Shown: piece after piece, positions 58,595-64,000 of the stretch
Numbering within the stretch: position 1 is the stretch's first letter
Layout: each line of letters begins with the position of its first letter
Virus record (IMG/VR): IMGVR_UViG_3300045988_163643
Span: 133,825 to 197,824 of that record
Length of the DNA: 64,000 nucleotides
Source: a virus
Strand: one strand, 5' to 3'
Position numbers and translations under genes: made by a program
The notes under the pieces: generated by a model
Databases searched by the model: none
What the model saw: the letters and a program-made list of their open reading frames with translations, nothing else
What the model was told of the DNA's origin: nothing

Positions 58595-60511
58595 ATGCGA
58601 ATCAAAAAAATTTATTTCAATAGACTTTATAATCAATGGAAAGGTGAACCTTTATATGTAGAAGACGGTTTAAGAGATGATTGTTTATACGTTAGAATAA
58701 TGGATGTTAAATATGAAGATGGTTCAATAAATGCAGTAACTGCTGATTTTAAAGATTTAAATGGTTATTCGTATTCTGTTCTAGGAGAAACAGATTACAA
58801 GAAAAGATTAGCCATATTTAAAATACCTTTATCAATATTAAGTAATAATGGTATTTATGAAGTAGCTTTTTCAATATCTTATAATTCTAAAAATACAGAT
58901 AAAAATTATAAAAAAACTGCTATTCAAACTTTTGAAATTGTAGATGCTATTGAATCAGATGATGAAGCTATCCAAAATGACCCTAAGTATCCTATATTAA
59001 CTGATTTAATTAATCAATTAGCAGATTATAAAATAGATATGACTGAATATCCTAAAAAAGAAGAAGTTAACGAAATAATAGATTTAAAATTTGATGATTT
59101 TCCAATTGATAAAATAATAGAAAAAATTCGAAAAGATGGATATATAACACAAGATAAAGTAAACGACATATTAAGAGATTATGTAAAGAAATTTGATTTA
59201 GGTGATTATGCTAAAAGAACTGATTTAAATAAATATGTTACTTACATAAATTTTAATAATACATTGGATAGATATATCTTAAAGAAAACAGTTGAAGATA
59301 ATTATGTTTTAAAAGAAAGTGGAAAGCAATTATCTACCCATGATTTTACAGATGAATTATATAATAAATTAATAGGTATTGATATAAATAATATTGAAAT
59401 TGATTTACATGAATATCAAAAAATAGTAGACAATAATTTAGAGACAAATAATAAAGAAATAACTAAAGCTATAAATGAAGTAAATAAGAAGATACCAACT
59501 AAAACTAGTCAATTAGAAAATGATAGTTATTATGTTGTTAGAAATGAATTACATAATCATAATAATATAGATGTATTAAATAATATTACATCTTCTGATA
59601 TAAACAATTGGAATAATAAATCTGATTTTAGTGGTCGATATAACGACCTTGAAGGATTACCAAAAATACCTTCAAAAGTATCTGAATTAACTAATGATAA
59701 TAATTATGTTAATGATAATTATGTAATTAGAAAAATAGCTGAAGCTAGTTTAAATAAAGATATTGACTTAAGTGACTATGCTACTAAGAATTTTGTAATT
59801 GATACTTTAGCATCAGATGTTAAAAACTTGACATTAGTTAATTCAAGTGCTAAAGTTAGTCAAAATATTATAGATTATTTAAATGAAATTGTTAAATGCT
59901 TTTTAAGTAATAATACAATTAAAAATAATAAGATAAAATATTATTATATATTAAGAGGTAAAATAAATCCATTAGATGATGAATTCCAATTAAGTGTTAA
60001 TGATGAATTTTATACTAATGTTTCTTATATTTCTATGTTAAATATAGAATGTAAAATGTTAACAACATTTCTATTTACTAATGAAGGAATGATGAGATTA
60101 GAGACACCAGTTGAAACAGTTGTTAGTAGTGATGGAACTTATATAAATTTATCTGTCACTGAATTAGGTAGTGTTTATCTTAACAATAGCAATAACAATG
60201 TTAATGATGTTAGTGTAGATGATATTATACAAACAATTATAAGTGATGATAAGAATAACTTATCTGAATTTAAAACATATTCAAATTCTATGATTGAAAA
60301 TAGATTATTAGAGGTTAATGCTGATATAACTGAAGTTTCAGATAATCTAAGTGGAGTTGGAAATAGAGTAAACTACTTGGAACAAAGAGAAACTTATTTA
60401 ACTGAATCTTTAAATAATATTAAAAATTTACCTCAATTATCTTTTAATGAAAATGGAGAATTAGTTGTAATTATTAATGGAGTTAGTAAAACATTTGTAC
60501 CTAAAGGATAG
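58595..60511 (+). CDS. tail fibre / baseplate-like protein
   Basis: 638 aa with a BppU-N-like start (...IFKIPLSILSNNGIYEVAFSISY...FEIVDAI). Fibre motifs KAINEVNKKIPTKTSQLENDSYYV and SKVSELTNDNNYV. Confidence 0.6.
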   Translation: MRIKKIYFNRLYNQWKGEPLYVEDGLRDDCLYVRIMDVKYEDGSINAVTADFKDLNGYSYSVLGETDYKKRLAIFKIPLSILSNNGIYEVAFSISYNSKNTDKNYKKTAIQTFEIVDAIESDDEAIQNDPKYPILTDLINQLADYKIDMTEYPKKEEVNEIIDLKFDDFPIDKIIEKIRKDGYITQDKVNDILRDYVKKFDLGDYAKRTDLNKYVTYINFNNTLDRYILKKTVEDNYVLKESGKQLSTHDFTDELYNKLIGIDINNIEIDLHEYQKIVDNNLETNNKEITKAINEVNKKIPTKTSQLENDSYYVVRNELHNHNNIDVLNNITSSDINNWNNKSDFSGRYNDLEGLPKIPSKVSELTNDNNYVNDNYVIRKIAEASLNKDIDLSDYATKNFVIDTLASDVKNLTLVNSSAKVSQNIIDYLNEIVKCFLSNNTIKNNKIKYYYILRGKINPLDDEFQLSVNDEFYTNVSYISMLNIECKMLTTFLFTNEGMMRLETPVETVVSSDGTYINLSVTELGSVYLNNSNNNVNDVSVDDIIQTIISDDKNNLSEFKTYSNSMIENRLLEVNADITEVSDNLSGVGNRVNYLEQRETYLTESLNNIKNLPQLSFNENGELVVIINGVSKTFVPKG

Positions 60512-60613
60512 TCTAAAAGTCTTATTAAATAAGTGAAGAAATATAATATAAAATAAAAATAATTAACATATAATAAATCTTTAAGCATATTATATATCAA
60601 GGGGTGATGATAT

Positions 60614-61975
60614 ATGAAGTTTAAAGATTTAAATAAAATAAAAAATGGTATTGTGAAAATTGGAACTACAATAATATTGATATTTTCAATAAGTTTAAAT
60701 TCTATTTTTATAAGTTTTGGAAATATCAATTATTCTAATGATACACAAATATTGAATGAGGTGAATGAAGAAGTGAAAACTCAAAATGGTTTTACATTGT
60801 TAGAAAATGCTAAAGAAGTAAGAGATTGGTTAGCAAGACAAAAAGTAACTAGAAAAATTACTAAACTACAAGTACACCATATGGATTTGCCAAATTATAA
60901 AACATGGGAAAAAACCGATAAAAAGTTATTTGATGAACCACATTTTGGGAGAACACAATCTTTAAATAGTTACGGAAAGTCTACATGGGGTAGTGGAGCT
61001 AGTGATGGACATGGTCATTATATTGCACAACACTTTAATGTTTTTCCTGATGGAAAAATAACAACTGGTAGAAACCTAAATTCTACTCCAATAGGAATTA
61101 GAGGATGGAATACAAATGCTATTTGCATTGAGATTTATGGGTGCTTCGACAAAGGTCATGATAAAATGTCATCTGCTCAAAAAGAAGCAGTAATATATCT
61201 TTATGGTGAATTATGTAAGAGATTTGATATTCCAGTAAACACAACTCATATAAGACCACATTGTTGGTTTACTGCCGGTGGTACTTATCTTGGAAAATAT
61301 AACCCTAATAGAAGTGCTAAAACTTGTCCAGGAACAAACTTTTGGGGAGTTGGATGTAGTCCTGAAGGCTTTGCTAAATTTATAGCAGATATTAAAAATT
61401 ATGTCAATGGTAAAGGTATTAAAGTTCCAGTTATTAAGAAAGTAGACAGAACAGGAGAAAAAGATGTACCTAATTATACAGTACAAGTAATAACAGACTC
61501 ATTAAATGTAAGATATGGAGCTAGTACATCATATGATAAAATATCAACACTTAAAAAAGGTGACAAGGTTGTAATTACTCATGAAAAAGATAATTGGGGA
61601 TTAATACAAGGTGCTAAAGGTTGGATATCTTTAAATGATAAATATGTGAAAAAAGTTGAAATTAAAAAAGAAGATGAAGTAAAAAAAGATACAGATACAA
61701 AAAAAGATGAATCACAAGAAAGTGAAACAACTTTTTATAGAGTTGTAACAGGTTCTTATTCAGATAGAGATAATGCTATAGTAGAACAAAATAAATTAAA
61801 AAAATTAGGATATGATGCATTCTTAGTTACTGCTAAAGTTAATAAAAAAATAATATTTAGAGTAGTAGCTGAATCTTTTAAAGATAAAAAAGATGCTGAA
61901 AATTTAATAGCACAATTGAAGAAAAAAGGTTATGACCCTTTTATAGTTATATATGTAAAAAATAATACAAATTAA
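60614..61975 (+). CDS. endolysin: N-terminal membrane anchor, N-acetylmuramoyl-L-alanine amidase (Amidase_2), SH3-like and SPOR domains
   Basis: Hydrophobic IVKIGTTIILIFSISLNSIFISFG. Amidase_2 pattern LQVHHMD...HFNVFPDGKI...NAICIEIYG...HIRPHCWF...KTCPG. SH3-like YTVQVITDSLNVRYGAS...GWISLNDKYV. SPOR-like TFYRVVTGSYSDRDNA...GYDAFLV and FRVVAESFKDKKDAENL...GYDPFIV. Confidence 0.8.
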   Translation: MKFKDLNKIKNGIVKIGTTIILIFSISLNSIFISFGNINYSNDTQILNEVNEEVKTQNGFTLLENAKEVRDWLARQKVTRKITKLQVHHMDLPNYKTWEKTDKKLFDEPHFGRTQSLNSYGKSTWGSGASDGHGHYIAQHFNVFPDGKITTGRNLNSTPIGIRGWNTNAICIEIYGCFDKGHDKMSSAQKEAVIYLYGELCKRFDIPVNTTHIRPHCWFTAGGTYLGKYNPNRSAKTCPGTNFWGVGCSPEGFAKFIADIKNYVNGKGIKVPVIKKVDRTGEKDVPNYTVQVITDSLNVRYGASTSYDKISTLKKGDKVVITHEKDNWGLIQGAKGWISLNDKYVKKVEIKKEDEVKKDTDTKKDESQESETTFYRVVTGSYSDRDNAIVEQNKLKKLGYDAFLVTAKVNKKIIFRVVAESFKDKKDAENLIAQLKKKGYDPFIVIYVKNNTN

Positions 61976-61989
61976 GGAGAAGATAAGAT

Positions 61990-62259
61990 ATGATAGATTT
62001 AAATATTTTAACAAATTATGTAGTTTTACTAGTGGTAGGAATTTGTGTTTGTATAGGATATATACTTAAGAATAGTTGTCCTAAACTAGATAATAGATAT
62101 ATACCACTTATAATGGGATTATTAGGATTAGTACTTAATATTTGGTTAAGTAATTGGCAAATTAGTGGTGAAATAGTATTAGGTGGATTATTTAGTGGAT
62201 TAGCTAGCGTTGGATTGCACCAGTCATTCAAACAATTAATCAACCAAGATAAAAAATAA
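61990..62259 (+). CDS. holin
   Basis: 89 aa with hydrophobic segments VVLLVVGICVCIGYIL, IPLIMGLLGLVLNIWL and IVLGGLFSGLASVGL plus a charged C-terminus QLINQDKK. It is adjacent to the endolysin. Confidence 0.7.
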   Translation: MIDLNILTNYVVLLVVGICVCIGYILKNSCPKLDNRYIPLIMGLLGLVLNIWLSNWQISGEIVLGGLFSGLASVGLHQSFKQLINQDKK

Positions 62260-62299
62260 GACATTTTTCTCTAGTAGATAATATAGAGGAGATGATAAA

Positions 62300-62839
62300 A
62301 TGGAAGAAATTTGGAAAGATATAATTGGATATGAAGGATATTATGAAGTATCTAATTTAGGAAGAATTAGATGTTGTGAAAGAATAGATAAAATAGGTAG
62401 ACATAAAAAAAGTAAAATATTAAAACCATATAAACAACATGATGGATATTTAAAAATATGTTTACATAAGGATTGTAAACAAGAAAAATTTATGGTTCAT
62501 AGATTAGTAGCTCAAATTTTCATACCTAATGAAGATGAATTATCTGAAGTTAATCATATAAATGGTAAAAAAGATGATAATAGAGTTGAAAATTTAGAAT
62601 GGGTTACAAGAGAAGAAAATATGCGACATGCTTTTAATACAGGTTTAGCAACAGCATGGAATAAAAAGAAAGTTATATGTATAGAAACGGGGAAAATATT
62701 TGAATCTACTTCTGAAGCTGAAAGAGTAATGGGATTATGCGTTAATAAAGTTTCTGCTGTATGTAGAGGAGTTAGAAAAAGCACTGGTGGATATACATTT
62801 ATGTATTATGAAAACTATATTAATAATACTAAAGGCTAG
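62300..62839 (+). CDS. free-standing HNH homing endonuclease (NUMOD4 plus HNH_3, I-HmuI-like)
   Basis: EIWKDIIGYEGYYEVSNLGRIR (NUMOD4) and VNHINGKKDDNRVENLEWVTREENMRH (HNH). Confidence 0.85.
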   Translation: MEEIWKDIIGYEGYYEVSNLGRIRCCERIDKIGRHKKSKILKPYKQHDGYLKICLHKDCKQEKFMVHRLVAQIFIPNEDELSEVNHINGKKDDNRVENLEWVTREENMRHAFNTGLATAWNKKKVICIETGKIFESTSEAERVMGLCVNKVSAVCRGVRKSTGGYTFMYYENYINNTKG

Positions 62840-62868
62840 AGATTATTTTCTCTAGCCTTTATTTTTTT
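62831..62868. terminator. bidirectional rho-independent terminator between converging gene blocks
   Basis: Stem AAAGGCTAGAG / CTCTAGCCTTT flanked by an A-run and a T-run. It overlaps the HNH stop codon. Confidence 0.75.
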
Positions 62869-62885
62869 ATAATATTTTTAATTTT

Positions 62886-63125
62886 TTATTTAAAACTCAA
62901 TACAATATCGTGTGCTTTTATGATTTGATTATATTTATATTCATCTATGATTTCGTCAATACTATCATATATTCTTACGTTATTAGTTGTTTCAGTTAAA
63001 TCTATAGTAATAGCTTTTTGTCTAATATAATCCCAGCCTATTAATAAATAACTATTTCCATCTATAATTATATCTCCACCAGTAGCTGAATCTCCTTTAG
63101 GATAGTTTTTCTTTTTAATTTCCAT
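62886..63125 (-). CDS. hypothetical protein (79 aa)
   Basis: ORF with GGAGAAATGA-type RBS context downstream of thyX on the minus strand. No recognisable motif. Confidence 0.5.
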   Translation of the reverse strand: MEIKKKNYPKGDSATGGDIIIDGNSYLLIGWDYIRQKAITIDLTETTNNVRIYDSIDEIIDEYKYNQIIKAHDIVLSFK

Positions 63126-63145
63126 ATATCATTTCTCCTTTATTT

Positions 63146-63883
63146 TTATTTTAATTTATCATAAGGTCTACCACATGTCATGTTCTTTTCCGGACATTTA
63201 CCTTTAACGCAAGGTGCACCAGCATATTTAAATAAGGTAGGTGCTACTTCTCTACATAGTTTTAACATCTCATTAGCTAATTCGCATATAGGTTCTTGTG
63301 CTCTATGACAACATCTTTTATTAAAGAAATGTAATAATTCTCTTACATTCATAGTCATTACTATTTTAGTTTCACAAGCATTAGGTAACATTCCTCTTGC
63401 GTTTTCATTTGCTACTTTTTCTGCATTCATACCATTAGTTGGATAATCATTTGTTTCTACATATTCTTTTATTATTTTTTGCCATTTAATATATTTGTCT
63501 AATATTTCCATCATATCTTCATGCCATTCATCTGCCATATTCATTTCTTTTACTACATTAGGAGTAGTGTGTTTAAATGTTTCATCAAGATTAACATATC
63601 TTTGAGATTGTTGACTATATGAAGCTACCCTGTGACGGACAATTTGATGTGAAATTGTTCTATCAATTCCTTCAATAGCAAATGTAAATGAAACATGTTC
63701 TAATGGACTATCGTGACCTATTTCAACTAGATGTGTTAAAAATTTTTCTATTTTTTCAGGAGTAAGTTTCTCCATTATTTCATCTACACCAACTTTACTA
63801 TAACATAATTTTGCAGATTGGGCAATTACTTCTTCTGGATTTGGTGTATGTGCTAATATTTTCACTTTTAATAAATCATTCAT
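63146..63883 (-). CDS. thyX: FAD-dependent thymidylate synthase ThyX
   Basis: ThyX signature QIVRHRVASYSQQSQRY (RHRxxSxxxxSxR) plus SPLEHVSFTF. 245 aa. Confidence 0.9.
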   Translation of the reverse strand: MNDLLKVKILAHTPNPEEVIAQSAKLCYSKVGVDEIMEKLTPEKIEKFLTHLVEIGHDSPLEHVSFTFAIEGIDRTISHQIVRHRVASYSQQSQRYVNLDETFKHTTPNVVKEMNMADEWHEDMMEILDKYIKWQKIIKEYVETNDYPTNGMNAEKVANENARGMLPNACETKIVMTMNVRELLHFFNKRCCHRAQEPICELANEMLKLCREVAPTLFKYAGAPCVKGKCPEKNMTCGRPYDKLK

Positions 63884-64000
63884 AATATCTCTCTCCTTTT
63901 TATATTATTATTATCACTTATTTTCTTTTTCTTCTATTTCTTTTTGCATTTCTTTTCTTGCTACTTCTTTGTACATTGTTTAATAATATTTGAAAAGAAT

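Noticed and set aside
63917-63979. 20-codon minus-strand mini-ORF (MYKEVARKEMQKEIEEKENK) upstream of thyX
   Set aside because: It is too short and is preceded by an in-frame stop. The window ends before any context can be judged.
1-64000. tRNA, rRNA or tmRNA genes, defence systems, integrase or attachment sites
   Set aside because: I saw no cloverleaf-like GC-rich segments in the few intergenic gaps. No integrase or recombinase ORF is present. All sizeable ORFs are explained by structural, lysis, homing-endonuclease or thyX functions.

Overview
This window is the late (virion structure and lysis) region of a very AT-rich tailed phage or prophage. Codon usage looks like a low-GC Clostridia- or Fusobacteria-type host. 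Genes run on the + strand up to about 62.8 kb. There they meet a converging minus-strand block that ends in thyX.

Gene order: major tail protein (last exon), two small chaperone-like ORFs, a free-standing GIY-YIG endonuclease, a giant tape measure gene, Dit, Tal, several very large repeat-rich fibre/depolymerase proteins (GH16, beta-helix, S74 chaperone domain, BppU-like), an LTD plus purple-acid-phosphatase-like protein, a CotH-like/LamG/LRR giant protein, a small membrane protein, an acidic MucBP-like protein, a subtilisin, a tandem M14 peptidase, more fibre-like proteins, a membrane-anchored amidase endolysin, a holin, an HNH endonuclease and ThyX.

The main feature is ten T4-td-like group I introns (one cut by the window edge) in four structural genes:
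- Major tail protein: at least 1 intron.
- Tape measure: 4 introns, 5 exons, 4,389 codons once joined.
- Metallophosphatase: 3 introns, each at a catalytic motif.
- CotH-like gene: 2 introns.

Three introns carry homing-endonuclease genes of one family: tandem Zn-ribbon modules plus a Vsr/DUF559-like nuclease. Each has its own consensus TTGAC(T/A)-N17-TATAAT promoter.

Several entries in the ORF track are really exon fragments or intron read-through. Splice junctions were inferred by eye and are good to about +/-2 nt. Nothing was checked against databases.
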